DNA of 63,617 nucleotides, the filler included, from Trichomonas gallinae (lineage: Eukaryota), in the NCBI GenBank assembly GCA_008369845.1. It is 10 parts of 10 records of this genome, joined end to end, with 100 filler letters (N's around TTAATTAATTAA, not from the genome) between each part and the next. Parts side by side here need not be neighbours in the genome. Positions count along the whole stretch, not along the records: positions 23,050 to 29,274 come from MRSU01000495.1; positions 29,375 to 36,618 come from MRSU01000498.1; 8 more parts are not named here. One strand, written 5' to 3'. The position numbers were made by a program, and so were the translations under genes. Positions 23,154-35,130 of the stretch are shown in pieces. The notes beneath the pieces are model-generated. The model was not told the origin of the DNA and did not search any database. It saw only the letters and a program-made list of their open reading frames with translations. Within the stretch, counting starts at the first letter, position 1. Every line of letters starts with the position of its first letter.

Positions 23154-24010
23154 GCCCAATCTCAAGATGTTATTGTTAATTTTAACCATGATATTGTTGG
23201 TTGTAAATATCATTTAGTGAATCTTCATAATTTTCAGCTTTTTATTCAATTCAAATTTCAACATTCGTTCCACGTGCCTATCTCACTCAACAATTAACTG
23301 TTTCCCATGTGTAGATACAAATGACAGATTGTTCATGTATTATGAGCAAATTATATTTAAGATTGTCAAAAACTAATTATTTCTTATTAATTTTGGTGAT
23401 TTTATAATCTACACACTATATACATGTAAACATTAAGGTCAAAATGAAAAGAGTCTGATACCGATTTTTGAAATTTTGTTAGCCAATGTATTCATCTTAG
23501 TTCTCACACCAATGACAAATAACATCAGTGAAGATGATAATCTCAACTGTAATGATGGCCGCCCATCGAAAATTTTCTTCGACAATAAAATATAAGATGA
23601 AATAACTCATTTGGACATAAAATAATATACTTTATCTTGTTCTTAATGCGGATCTACCAGTGAAATGAAACTAATTACACATTTAATTCGAAGACATTAT
23701 AAAAATTGCTATTATAGTGGGATACAAATTAAAAATGAATCATGCACATGTAGTACTATATGTTCCCACTAAACTAGATTAAAATTAAGATTATATCATT
23801 TACCACTATAATACTCTAATAAATGATGCATCACAGGTAAGCGTAATCAAAATAAAATGTATTTTTGATGCTATTTCAATCATTTCTGCTACAGTGGGAC
23901 TACTGAATCATCGAAAAATTATACAAATTCATTTGTCTAAAAAATGAGTATAAATGTCATGTAAAATTTATTTGACATGTAAATAAAATTAAACGTACAT
24001 AATTTTTAAA

Positions 24011-24355
24011 ATGAATAGAACAGATGCAGAAGTTGCTGAATTAATGAAATGGCGTCGTGAGCACCATCTTTGTGCTGATAGAGAAGCAACAGCTGGCATT
24101 ACTATGGAATATATTGAAAGAGAGCCAAAGAACTTTCATTTCTTCAACTACGATCCGACATTAGGACCAACAGATCTCTCAAATGTCAGTCTAAAGCGCG
24201 ATGAAAATCAAGATACTGCTGTTTTTTCTATCCCACTTTCATTTACAGAATCTTCGAGAACTAAATATCGAAGCCATGGAAGATCTGAGCTTGGCTTAGA
24301 CTTACAATCTGTATTAACACCACATAATGGCACAATCTATCCTCTTGTTAAATAA
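24011..24355 (+). CDS. Hypothetical protein, 114 aa
   Basis: AAAATG start, coding-like composition, two TGWCATGTAAA motifs upstream, stop within TAAA. Confidence 0.75.
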   Translation: MNRTDAEVAELMKWRREHHLCADREATAGITMEYIEREPKNFHFFNYDPTLGPTDLSNVSLKRDENQDTAVFSIPLSFTESSRTKYRSHGRSELGLDLQSVLTPHNGTIYPLVK

Positions 24356-24572
24356 ATTATTGTTTGAAAATAAATATCATCATTGAAAAAATTCATTCTT
24401 GCTATTTTTACTTTAATACACTCCCTCATATTTATTCATACTAACTATTACATAAACAATAATACCGTTTGAGCCTCATTTATCAAATTTTCAATTAAAT
24501 AATTTAATGTATTATTAAGTTTGATTTGGTATATCATCATTTCTCATCTATTATGTTCATACTCTAGAATAT

Positions 24573-24630
24573 TTTTGTGTTATAATTTGTCGAATAAAAT
24601 ATTTTGTGTTATAATTTGTCGAATAAAATA
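24573..24630. repeat. Perfect tandem duplication, 2 x 29 bp
   Basis: TTTTGTGTTATAATTTGTCGAATAAAATA at 24573-24601 and 24602-24630. Confidence 0.9.
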
Positions 24631-24686
24631 ATTTACGTGACAGATATCAAAAAAACATTGTCACTTTTCCATGAACGTTAAAAAAA

Positions 24687-25250
24687 ATGAGTGACAATGA
24701 AAATAATAATGAGACAGCTGCTCCAGAAGCAGCACCAGCTGCAGCTCCATCATTTCCAAATGAAGGGCCTAATCCATCCAGTATTGCTGCTGGCGTTGCC
24801 GCTTTATTAAATGTTCCACCAGAAAAAAGATTGGTCGAAACTCTTCAGACAATGATCAAAACACCAGATAGAGATGTAAACTGGGATGATATCATTACAT
24901 TCTACGCATTCTTCGGACGTAAATTCGAAGGTGAAGAAGCAGAAACAGCTTTCAAGAGAAAATACAACCCAGAAAACAAACAACAGATCAAATCAGACAT
25001 TGCTACAGCTGCTATGGCGGATATTTTCAAACAACAAGAATTTTTACTCACACTTCAAGTTGATGCTAAAGTTCTTGATCAGAAAACAAAGCAGTGGAAT
25101 CACCACGCTGCTGACTTCAGATACATGCTCTCTCAACTCGGCGAGCCATTACTTGACCAAGATGCTGATGATTTCATTCGCGAAGCACTCGGAAAGAGCG
25201 ATGATCTGATTGATTTGAAGGCATACTTAGAGCTTATATGTAACCATTAA
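24687..25250 (+). CDS. Degenerate EF-hand / calmodulin- or myosin-light-chain-like protein
   Basis: DFRYMLSQLGEPLLDQDADDFIREALGKSDDLIDLKAYLELI resembles the calmodulin C-lobe, but the Ca-binding loops are degenerate. Confidence 0.75.
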   Translation: MSDNENNNETAAPEAAPAAAPSFPNEGPNPSSIAAGVAALLNVPPEKRLVETLQTMIKTPDRDVNWDDIITFYAFFGRKFEGEEAETAFKRKYNPENKQQIKSDIATAAMADIFKQQEFLLTLQVDAKVLDQKTKQWNHHAADFRYMLSQLGEPLLDQDADDFIREALGKSDDLIDLKAYLELICNH

Positions 25251-25730
25251 GAAAATTAAAGTCTTTTTTTGTTGATGAATTGAAAAAAAATTGTTTTATA
25301 TTGATTATTGATTATTCTTTTCATACTCAAAATATAGATCATACTCGTGAATTCAAAACAGTATATACTGATAAATTTAATTCAATTTGCAATTCAAAAA
25401 ACTTATTAATCAAGAAATTGCAAAAGTTTTAAAAATAGATGATATAGGAATTTATTTAAATGATTATACAAGTTTCACTCAATGATTTTCTTTATTGAAA
25501 AGAAAAAATTTGAAAATGTGTTTTCATCCAAAATCAATAATAAAATGATATGAAATGGTAATAGTTTAAACTAATAATTGTGATTAAAAGGCTCAATTTT
25601 AAATATGTTATTTGATAATTTTCTTATACAAGATTTTCATTTGATATTTTGGAATTATGCAAGATATAGCATCGAAATATGCAATAAAAGTCAATAAACG
25701 TATGAAAATCAAAAGTGACAAAGTAAATAA

Positions 25731-26852
25731 ATGAGTTTTTCGGCATCTAAGGGAGGCAGCATGTCGGGGACAACTGGACGTCGCTCGAAGACAGCTGAGA
25801 TAGGCGGATTCGAACAGGACCCAGAAGTCGCTAAATTGCATGACAAAATCGATTCTGTTGAAGAAATTATCGCGAATTATAAGGCAGAAATGAAAAACAA
25901 GACATCATTCTACGAATCAGAAATCGCAAACCTCCAAACACAAATCAAGAAGAAAAAGATCGAATCAGAAACGAAACTTTCAGCTCTCAGAGAAAACAAC
26001 GAAATTGAACTTCAAGAAGTTGATCAGACAAACGAGTTAGACGTTAAATCTATGCAAGACCAAATCAACAACTTCCAATCAAGCAGAAATGTTCATTCCA
26101 ATTATCACATGCAGACATTGAGAACTAAAAAGGAAGCTGAACTCGCAGACCTTCGCAGACAAATCGAACAGCTTAGAATTAAGAATACAGAAAACGTTTA
26201 CGAATCAACAACCAAAAATCAAACAGCAAAGATGACAAACGAAGCTCGCATTGCAGAAATTACAGCACAGATTGAGATCCTCGATGGTGAAATTAAAGAA
26301 ACAAATGCCCTTCGCCAAGAAGATTTACAATCGACAAGTCTTAAAGTCCAGCAAACATCTCAGGCATTCGAGCAACGCGCCAAGGAACAACAGGACCGCA
26401 TCAATGCTTATAGACTTGACTTCCAAAAACGAAGTGCTCAACATGAAGAATTAATCGCTTTGGCTGAGCAACAAGCTGAGGCTGAAATGCAGCAGATGGA
26501 AAACGACCTTACAGTTGCAACAGACAGATGCGCAAAAATGCAGCAGACATTAGACAAATATACAAAAAGAGCTCAAAAAGAAGAACAAATAATCAAGGAA
26601 GACATTGCTTCTTTGAAAGAAGTTATAGATCGTGCTAAGAAGCTTGAAGAAGAACAGTTAGTATCAACAAAGGACCAGATTACAAAACTTCAAGCTGCTT
26701 CTAGTGATACTATTGCAATAGATCAGGAGATTGAAGCCCTTCGTGCTGAAATCGAACAAACTAAGGCTGATAATGCTGATATGAGAAGAGAAAGGACAAG
26801 ATTAGATACAACAATGTATTCAACAAGACTTTCTAGATTCCATGGAAAGTAA
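25731..26852 (+). CDS. Coiled-coil (likely cytoskeletal) protein
   Basis: 373 aa, continuous E/Q/K-rich heptads. AAAAGTGAC at 25711. Confidence 0.85.
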   Translation: MSFSASKGGSMSGTTGRRSKTAEIGGFEQDPEVAKLHDKIDSVEEIIANYKAEMKNKTSFYESEIANLQTQIKKKKIESETKLSALRENNEIELQEVDQTNELDVKSMQDQINNFQSSRNVHSNYHMQTLRTKKEAELADLRRQIEQLRIKNTENVYESTTKNQTAKMTNEARIAEITAQIEILDGEIKETNALRQEDLQSTSLKVQQTSQAFEQRAKEQQDRINAYRLDFQKRSAQHEELIALAEQQAEAEMQQMENDLTVATDRCAKMQQTLDKYTKRAQKEEQIIKEDIASLKEVIDRAKKLEEEQLVSTKDQITKLQAASSDTIAIDQEIEALRAEIEQTKADNADMRRERTRLDTTMYSTRLSRFHGK

Positions 26853-27154
26853 AACATATGCATATGCATATTTATTTTTATATCTAAAGACTTCAGATTT
26901 GTTATACAAAACTAACTTTTTTAAATAAACAAAATTTCAAATTAAACAAATTGAAATCAGATGAATAATATTATGGTTTAACATCAAAGACCAAATCAAT
27001 CAGATATTTTTTATGATTTTTTATTTGTGCGAATTGATGATTTTGTTAGTGGCAAACAAGCAAATGGTAATGAATGTATTCAGTTTTTTAAGTATTTAGT
27101 CTTAAAACAAAAAATAAAATTATCAAAATTTATTGTTTAGTAATTACAATGTAT

Positions 27155-28054
27155 TTAGAGTTCTTCTGAATCATCAACACAGTATTGTTCTAATTCTGGA
27201 ACAGGATCACACTTAAACATTTTATTTGCTTTGCAGAAAATCTTTCCTGTGTCTCTTGTCCATAAATGCTGCTTATTTGTATATGAAGAAATAAAGCTGC
27301 AAATGTCTGGTGAAGATCTGATGAACATATCTGGTCTTTCGATGAAATATTGTGTAAGCTGATCAACTTGTTGTGCTTTTGTCTCATCTGAGAGCATCTT
27401 TACTAAACTCTTAGAAATTTTAATTGGACAAGAAGCATCTGAGGATTTAATCATTGCATTTATCAAAGATTTCGCGAATGAGAGAACATTTGCTGAGCCA
27501 ATGCATCCATTAAGTATTTTTGGAAGTGGCTGAGCATTGCAATAAGGAATTTCTCCTTGTGAAGAATTAAGAATTACGCCTGTATAGTTTAGAAGCGTAG
27601 AAATGTAGTGGTCATTGTCTCCATAGTTGCAGTATGCAGATCTTTCTTCAGCATCTCTAATTATTTCAACAACCGCGTTTGTTTTAATTGCATATTCATT
27701 AAAAAGCTTTGAAAAGTTTTCGAGTTGACCAAGTCGTCCTATTCTTTCTAATAAACGTGTTGTGATACTATCATCCTGTGTTTGTGCTGTTAATTCTTTA
27801 ATAAGTCTATTGAACGTGTAATTGAAGAACTCTACTGGACTATCTCTCAACTGATCGGATTCGTAGTTAATTGTCATCCTTCTGATCTTGAAAATGAACC
27901 AAACAAGGAAGCCAAGCCAGATCAATAAAAAGATTAGAAAGCCGATTTGGAATTCGAGCGATTGGAAGAACTCAGTCCACTTTCCGGCAGTTTTCTCAGC
28001 CTTGTTTTTGAGCTTGTCAAACTGAGAAACTTGAGCTTTTGCTTTGTTACCCAT
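27155..28054 (-). CDS. Hypothetical single-pass membrane protein
   Basis: 299-aa ORF with AAAATG start and TM helix IGFLIFLLIWLGFLVWFIF followed by KIRR. Confidence 0.8.
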   Translation of the reverse strand: MGNKAKAQVSQFDKLKNKAEKTAGKWTEFFQSLEFQIGFLIFLLIWLGFLVWFIFKIRRMTINYESDQLRDSPVEFFNYTFNRLIKELTAQTQDDSITTRLLERIGRLGQLENFSKLFNEYAIKTNAVVEIIRDAEERSAYCNYGDNDHYISTLLNYTGVILNSSQGEIPYCNAQPLPKILNGCIGSANVLSFAKSLINAMIKSSDASCPIKISKSLVKMLSDETKAQQVDQLTQYFIERPDMFIRSSPDICSFISSYTNKQHLWTRDTGKIFCKANKMFKCDPVPELEQYCVDDSEEL

Positions 28055-28895
28055 TTTTGAAGTCCCCTGTTTTATAAAAATCAGCCCCTATTTCTGATCT
28101 TAAGATTTTTAAAATCCATTGCGATAAGGTTTATATGAATGAGCAGCATAAATATATACTTTTTGTTGACATTTAGATCATATATTTATAATAAACTTGA
28201 ACTTAAGCATATATACTAAATTTGATATAATTTCTTTATTTGTGCTAGAAACTGGTTAATTCTTAGCGCATATATCTTTCAATGTTAATAATGAAATAGA
28301 TGGTTTAATTGATACGATTTAGTTATTTTATAATGTCGTAATGAATGATGCTGAAAAAATAACCTTATTTTAGTGGAAAAATACAAATGCTGGAAAAATA
28401 ACCTTGAAATAATAAAGATTCATCGGAATATTCTATATAATAAGATGCATCACAATGTAAAGTATATATTGCATTATGGGTTAAATTGTAAAACACTAAA
28501 TATTTGAACACATATGAATGAGAAATAATTATGCTACTTTTACGTAAAATATGTCTAATTTAGAGTCTATTATGAAAGGTCATTTTAATTTTACAAAAAA
28601 AATTGTAAAAACGATTATTACGGATTCAAAACGAATCCTTATTCGATATTAGATATGTGGTTAATAAAATTTCATTATTTTAATCGCAAAACGTTGACGA
28701 TAGAATTTTACAGTATTCAAAATATTTTCATAAAATATTGATATACTATATGTCTATATTAATATTCCGCGAAAATAAATAAGTGTCAGATTCTCATTTT
28801 TGAATTAAAAATTGACATTTGGCCTTTCTCATTTTTTGTTGGTGGAGAAGGGCCATTTGACTCTTAAACAACTGCAGAGAGGCTAACACTGCATA

Positions 28896-29001
28896 GTATG
28901 TATTAATGTGCGATGATGAGAAATTCTCCGCGTTCTACAACTTCGTGTTGATATTTTAACTCATCTGAGCACAACTTTTAAGCTTAATTACTAACACACA
29001 G
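28896..29001 (+). other. Spliceosomal intron, 106 nt
   Basis: 5' splice site GTATGT at 28896-28901. Exact trichomonad fused branch/3' motif ACTAACACACAG at 28990-29001, preceded by T to give TACTAAC. Confidence 0.85.
28907..28973 (+). ncRNA. Intronic box C/D snoRNA
   Basis: Terminal stem TGTGC/GCACA, box C ATGATGA at 28913-28919, box D CTGA at 28965-28968, C'-like GTGTTGA at 28945-28951. Length 67 nt. Confidence 0.85.
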
Positions 29002-29195
29002 TATTAAAATTCCTTTGGTTCCATTTACAAGATTGCAATACAGCAGTTCCCTTATCAATAGCATTATATCAATTTTTTTGATAAATAAGCGTGTTTGATC
29101 ATCTTAGATACACTTTATTGAATTAATTAGTGTTATTAGTTCATCAAATTGGGTTTTAAAGCTGCATATTATTGAGTTTACGTATTAAATTTTGT

Positions 29196-29274
29196 TACCG
29201 TACGTTTCCAATTTTTTCCCAAATTTTTTTGGTACCCAAAAATACGTATTTTGTTAATTTCTCGATGAATATAG
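29196..29274 (+). mobile_element. Probable DNA-transposon left end (TA|CCGT.., Tc1/mariner/pogo-like)
   Basis: TA+CCGT begins 79 nt before the gap, the same offset seen at other repeat-bounded contig ends. Confidence 0.45.
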
Positions 29275-29374
29275 NNNNNNNNNNNNNNNNNNNNNNNNNN
29301 NNNNNNNNNNNNNNNNNNTTAATTAATTAANNNNNNNNNNNNNNNNNNNNNNNNNNNNNNNNNNNNNNNNNNNN

Positions 29375-29452
29375 AGTTTGGGGGCTCTATTATGCTTCTA
29401 AGGTAGCGTTTGCCTATTTTTCCCGCGTTTGCCATTTTTTCTTCTGACTATA
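29375..29452 (-). mobile_element. DNA-transposon terminus, TA|TAGTCAG family, copy 1
   Basis: 29376-29452 is the exact reverse complement of 57856-57932. Identity ends at TA. Internal direct repeat GGCAAACGC x2. Confidence 0.85.
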
Positions 29453-30424
29453 ATAATAATTTTAGTGAAAAAATGTGACTAAATTTTTTGGATCATTTTT
29501 TTAATATATTATGTAAAAACATGTTTTAATCGTTATTATTCGTTATTATTAAAAAGTGACACACGGACAGTCATGTGAAAAAATTATCGTATTCAAGGAT
29601 TTTTTATTTGGCAAGGCTTTGAAAAAAACTTATTAGATTTGGTGTGCTGGGTCCTATTTATACTAAACAGTCGACCATGTCTGTGGCAAAAGTTGAAATA
29701 ATGCTCTGAATTATCAGCCGAACAGAACAAAAGTTACAAACTGTGAAGCGTTAAAATAAGGCCCATAATATGTAGATGATATTATTTTATTCATGTAGCA
29801 CTTTAATATTATTGTTGTAATCTCGTTGAAAATTGATGCTGACGATTAAAAATATTTTGATTTTGAAAATTATATGATATCTTTGAGAACACTAGCTCAT
29901 AGACCATGACTATTGTGTCATTATATTAATATTACATTCTATACCTTTTATTTAACCATCGTATATCATAAATCAATTTGAATTTCGAATTTAACATTGG
30001 AAAATCATATATAATTCTATTTGTATTTTAACAAAGCAACTCCATAAGATTATTACAGATATTGTGTATGATGGAATTGATCTTTTCAATATTTATTTAA
30101 CAAATATTTTTCAATGAAATTCGTAAATTAAGCTATTTGTCTGGACATATTATGATGTGTAGCATGCATAAGACTCAGATTTTAAAAAGCTCAAAAAATT
30201 TAAACAAAAAAAATATGAAATTTATTCTATTTAATATTTCTAGTGAGTTATAGCTGATTTACGAGGATTTGAAATAAAGAATTATGTTTTATAATAATTT
30301 ATTTATTGCTTACATCATTTTAATTCGAACAAAATTGATAATTTCCGCGTTTTCCAAATATATCTCAATAATAAATGAATCTATGACATAATTTAATACA
30401 TCAATCAAATCAATAAAAGACTAT

Positions 30425-31069
30425 ATGAAGCTTTACATTAAAACTCGTTCATTTTTAGTATTGGAGGAAACAAATAAGATTCTGATTCGAGAACTGAGAA
30501 GTAGCGACGTAGAAGAGTTGTGGAAAATTCATCTAGAGCTATTTCCAGTTCAATATCCGCTAGTGTATATTAAATCTTTCCTTGATAAATCGACTTATTG
30601 TATCGTGGCCATAGAGACCGATCAAGAAAATAAGAAACGAATTATCGCTTTCGTTACAATAAGGCTCGAATGGGTCTCCAGTTTCTCAACAGCTCGAAAA
30701 GGTTACGTTTCTACATTTGGAGTTATTCCAGAAAAGAGAAGAATGAAAATCGCGTCAGATTTAATGAACCTAATGATGGATATCATGAATAAGCATTACG
30801 ACGTCCAAACACTGCATCTTCATATGCAACAATCAAATATTGCAGCCAAAACCTTTTATGTTAATACAGGGTGGACTATAGTCGATGATATAAAGAATTA
30901 CTATCATTTACCAGGCCAATGCTGCGACGCATATTACATGGTTTATAATATTCCATATGATTTCGTCCCATTCTTTAAGAATAGAATAGAAATAGACAAA
31001 AGTATTCAAAACAAACTGAATTCCGGACAATCTCTTTCTTGGTTACAATCATTTTTCTATAACAAGTAA
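30425..31069 (+). CDS. GNAT acetyltransferase, NAA50/NAA60-like
   Basis: LFPVQYP, GYVSTFGVIPEKRRMKIASDLM, LHLHMQQSNIAAKTFY..IKNYY..DAYYM. Amphipathic C-terminus LSWLQSFF, as in NAA60. Confidence 0.88.
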   Translation: MKLYIKTRSFLVLEETNKILIRELRSSDVEELWKIHLELFPVQYPLVYIKSFLDKSTYCIVAIETDQENKKRIIAFVTIRLEWVSSFSTARKGYVSTFGVIPEKRRMKIASDLMNLMMDIMNKHYDVQTLHLHMQQSNIAAKTFYVNTGWTIVDDIKNYYHLPGQCCDAYYMVYNIPYDFVPFFKNRIEIDKSIQNKLNSGQSLSWLQSFFYNK

Positions 31070-32108
31070 AACGAAGCCGAATGACCTTTACACCTCATAC
31101 TTATATCCAGAATGCCTTGTGTGTATATATACTATCATAAAAAACTTAACTTATTGATCATTTCAAATGTATCAAAATAATTTTTTTGCAATATAAATGT
31201 CTAAAACATGATGTATATGTTATATATGGGATTATATATATGTTAGTGGAGTCTGTAGTTGTGGATAAAGAAGTAAAAAAAAAAAAAAAACGTGTAAGAT
31301 ATGAATAAAGTGACAGGCAAATGTACGTTTACTAAAAAGTGACTTTATTTTAAATTTGAATGGGTAATTTTCTGGAAATTAGATCTAAAAACATGTTTAG
31401 CAATAGTAAGGGGATCAATGAACGTTCAAAAGAAATAAAATTTTTGAAATGAAAAAATATTCTATGAGTTATCACAAAACTTGACAAATTAATAGTTCCC
31501 ATCTACAATAATCAATAAACATGAAAATGTAAAAATTTATCCAATTGTTCGGAAGATTCTCAAAAATTGTGAGAAAAATTTTATATTCTCTCAATTTATT
31601 TTATATTTGATTTTTAGTTGAAAATACTAATCTACACAGTATATATAATACGTATTTTAAATCTTGTTGTAAAATTATTAAAATCTGAGTAATGAATCGC
31701 AGAAACTAATGAGGGCATACCTGCATGATGCTATTTTCATTGTGATAGCAAATTTCCAAAAATATATTATCTTCCAAATTTCAAATAAAATCCTCAATAG
31801 AGTAAATTATATCTCGCCGCGAATATAACTTCTTTGAAGGTCATAAATGAGATCCTAGCGTCCGATAATGCTAGAGATATGAATTAAGTTTGTTTTAATC
31901 TGATATCTGCTCCATTTCGTTGTATATTCTCATCCTAATCACATCCTCAGGTTGTCTCAGGCTCAGGTAAGTTGATGGCTAACAGAAAAAGGAGAAATGG
32001 GTAAAAATGGAAATACAATGAATATCGAAAACACTAAATAAGCTTTAATTACCAATCTAAAGATAATTCATATCTAAGTAATATCTATAATAACAACAAT
32101 AGAGGGAC

Positions 32109-32504
32109 TTAGAAGTTCTCTGTTCTCATAGCATTGAGGACAACTTTAGAATCTGTGCCCTTGATCGGAAGTTCCTTTGTGTCTGGAGCATTTGGATCGA
32201 AATCTGAGATTGGAACATCAACATGTCCGATCTTAACATCGGAGCTGAAGAAATTTTTCCTGTTGTAGAGAGAAACGACGATTGATGAGCGGTCGGCGTC
32301 TGTGTAGTTGAACTGGAAGTGAGCTGGGTTGACACGAGCACCTGGCTTGAACTCGACTGTATGAGCCATTGGATTCTTTCTTGAGCCAACGCATAAGATC
32401 ATTGTGCCCTTGACGTTCTTTGGTACTTTTGGTTGAATGTCGATGTCGAATGTGTTGTGATTTGAGTGCATGAGTGGGACGTAGCTGTTATTGTTGTGGA
32501 GCAT
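32109..32504 (-). CDS. Stand-alone C2-domain-like protein
   Basis: SIVVSLYNRKNFFSSDVKIGHVDVPISDF matches the C2 strand pattern. High-expression codon bias, AAAAGTGAC and TCATT upstream. Confidence 0.75.
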   Translation of the reverse strand: MLHNNNSYVPLMHSNHNTFDIDIQPKVPKNVKGTMILCVGSRKNPMAHTVEFKPGARVNPAHFQFNYTDADRSSIVVSLYNRKNFFSSDVKIGHVDVPISDFDPNAPDTKELPIKGTDSKVVLNAMRTENF

Positions 32505-34082
32505 TGAGTAAAAATGAAGTTGTCACTTTTGGTGGAGTCTCAATTTTGATTTTTTTTTCAATCAAAATCTATTAAATCATAACAATGCGAAAGTTTGTAG
32601 TTTTGAGTTTTTTGTATAGATAACCAATATATCTAAAATTTTGGTCGCTCTCAAAAATCTAGATAGGCACTCAATTTCGAACGATATTTTTATGACTATA
32701 ACTAAAATCAACATATAAATGCAAATATCCAGAAAACAATTTTGAATAAAATATTTCGATAAAAGCAAAATACCATATACATAAAAATAATTTCAAAATA
32801 AGGAAAATCTTATCATTTGATTTTGATAAGAATTTTATTGTATCTCCTCAGAAATAATAAAAATTCAGCTAAACTATTTACGATAAGAAATGAAGTATCA
32901 CCTGGAGGATGATATTAAAAATGCTTTCAAAAGTTATGTAAATTTTTGAAATAAAATGGCTGAATGAAATAATCCATATAATATTCTCATTTCGTTTATT
33001 CGACTTATCTCGGTAAATTTAATTTTTTTTTTTTTTTGAGAGAAATATTTTGAAGAAATAAAAGAGGTTAGAAAAAATTAAATTCGAACAAATGCATTAA
33101 TTTCGATTGATTTTTTATATATGGGATTGAATACTGTTAATACGATTATATTTTTTATTAATTCGTTTAATTTTGCTGACACAGTTGTATCTGCAGCTTC
33201 AATTTTCGGTAGCAAGGAAAGCATTTGATACATATTAATACGCACTAATTTCTTCTAAAAAATTTTCAGTAAATTTAATAAAATTTTCGCTAAATCTCGT
33301 ATTTGAATAAATATTTAGCTGTTTAATAGTATTTCCAGTATTTTTCAACCAGACAATTTCATTTTTTGTTTGTAAAGTGTAATTTTTCTTGTTATGGCAT
33401 CCTTTATTTCTAAGGACTACAGATGATGTAAGTACCATATTAAAGATGTGCACATCCCATTTCATGATTCCGTCATTTAGAGATCAAATTTTGATAAGTT
33501 GTAATTAAACATTTGTCGCATTTCTACCTTTTAATATAATTAAATGTATGGAACATATTGCATAATTTCATTCCAATAAACAAAAAACACCAAATAATGT
33601 ATAAATATCGATAACAAAAATGTTAAAGCACAAGATTAGAGATCAATTAACCTTTTGAAATTATAGTAACTTTATAATGTATATATTTTATACTTTCATA
33701 ATATATGATTTCCGTATATATTTTCGGAAAATTATATAAATTTTCATCAAAATTGGAATAATTCATAATTTTATCATCGAATATGCTTTTACTTCATACG
33801 TATCTAATAAATTGAATGCAATTTTTTTTTTTGAAAATCAAAGCTTTAACAAATTTGTTTTGTTGAGTACATACATCCTGTTTCATGCATTACTTCTAGC
33901 TTATCCACATTATCAGAAATTTCTAATATTCCGTTATTTCTTATCAAATATTAACTCTTATTTTTATTTTCAATGTTTTTTAGAGATTTTTCAATGCTTC
34001 AAGATAAATAAATGTGATAAATGAGCGACAAATCATCATCTAAACCCACATGTTTGATATACAGTTAAAGTTACTGTAAAAG

Positions 34083-34959
34083 ATGAAAAATTATGAAAAA
34101 AAATGTTACAGAGAAATCATCGCGAAGATTGTTGATACAGTATCCATGCACAAGTACAACGAAGTACACACCGTACGAAGTCGATTGTGCCAGGCATTCG
34201 AAGCCTTGGTGGCTGGAATGGTGGTGGCGATGGTGGAATAGATGTATATGATGTTGAATACCCCGATAGTGGCGCAGGTGGGGGTGGTTCAGTCGATTAT
34301 CGAACAACTAATTACGACAACAAAACCTTAACAATTTGGCTGGGTTCGAACGTTCAATAAAGAGCCGCGTCATTGTTGCTGGCTCAGGAGGCTGCTGAGT
34401 GTCGACTAACATGACTTTTATACCCGAGCATACTACGAAATATGGTGGGCATGGTGGTGAGCTGGCCGCAAAAGATGTTAATGAGTATTCAAAAGGAGGA
34501 ACACAAGAATATTGTTTGTACGGAGTTGGATCCACTGGTCAAGATGATGGATTAGAAAGATCAAATGGTGGTGGTGGGTCTGGCAATAGAGGCTCGATCG
34601 ACAACCACATTGTGAACCAGTCATATTACACAAACAGTGCATCAGCAGGTGGAAGTTCATACATCAGTGGCCATCCAGGCTGCAAATCTCCATCTGAAGT
34701 CGACGGTGTGAACACACCGGTTGACACGCCTTTCCACTTCTCGAAGATATATTTTACTAGCACATTCATGATCGTCGTTTCTAAAAGCATGCCATTTGAT
34801 GAAATCATCCGCGGTCACCGTGGTCATTGTGAAGTTGCAATCACACTTTTGAGCTACACGGAGATTGGTGTCATCCAACGAATCTACGAAACATGTGTTC
34901 CAAGTCCATACTTTGGGTATGCAGTTCTTTTTGCTGTAGTTCATGTTGCTATTTATTAA
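34083..34959 (+). pseudogene. Gly-rich surface/secreted family pseudogene
   Basis: Fragments (TEKSSRRLLIQYPC; GAGGGGSVD; SRVIVAGSGG-stop; SAGGSSYISGHPGC) are broken by frameshifts, a stop and an internal deletion relative to the paralog at 35131-35492. Confidence 0.75.
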
Positions 34960-35130
34960 ATAATTTTCAAGTCTTCAAAAGATATTTTTGTTATGGTATT
35001 GTTCAATTTCAAGGAATCTGATTATTATAAATGTCAATGACTCATCTCTGTTGAAATGTATTAGGCATCTTATCTGAATTAGTCATTGAGAAGAAAATTG
35101 GTTTTATTTAATAAATAGTAACATGAACTA

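Larger units (their letters stand above)
28794..29120 (+). ncRNA. Putative non-coding spliced snoRNA host transcript (3' end approximate)
   Basis: TCATT initiators at 28794 and 28829 and CCTTT at 28823. Neither exon 1 nor the start of exon 2 contains an ATG. The unit contains a canonical intron. Confidence 0.55.

Noticed and set aside
31626..31639. Intron-3'-like ACTAATCTACACAG
   Set aside because: The branch-to-AG spacing is 2 nt longer than the invariant motif, and there is no convincing nearby 5' site or exon.
31967..31985. Mini-intron-like GTAAGTTGATGGCTAACAG
   Set aside because: It is only 19 nt, the branch point is too close to the AG, and no ORF is restored.
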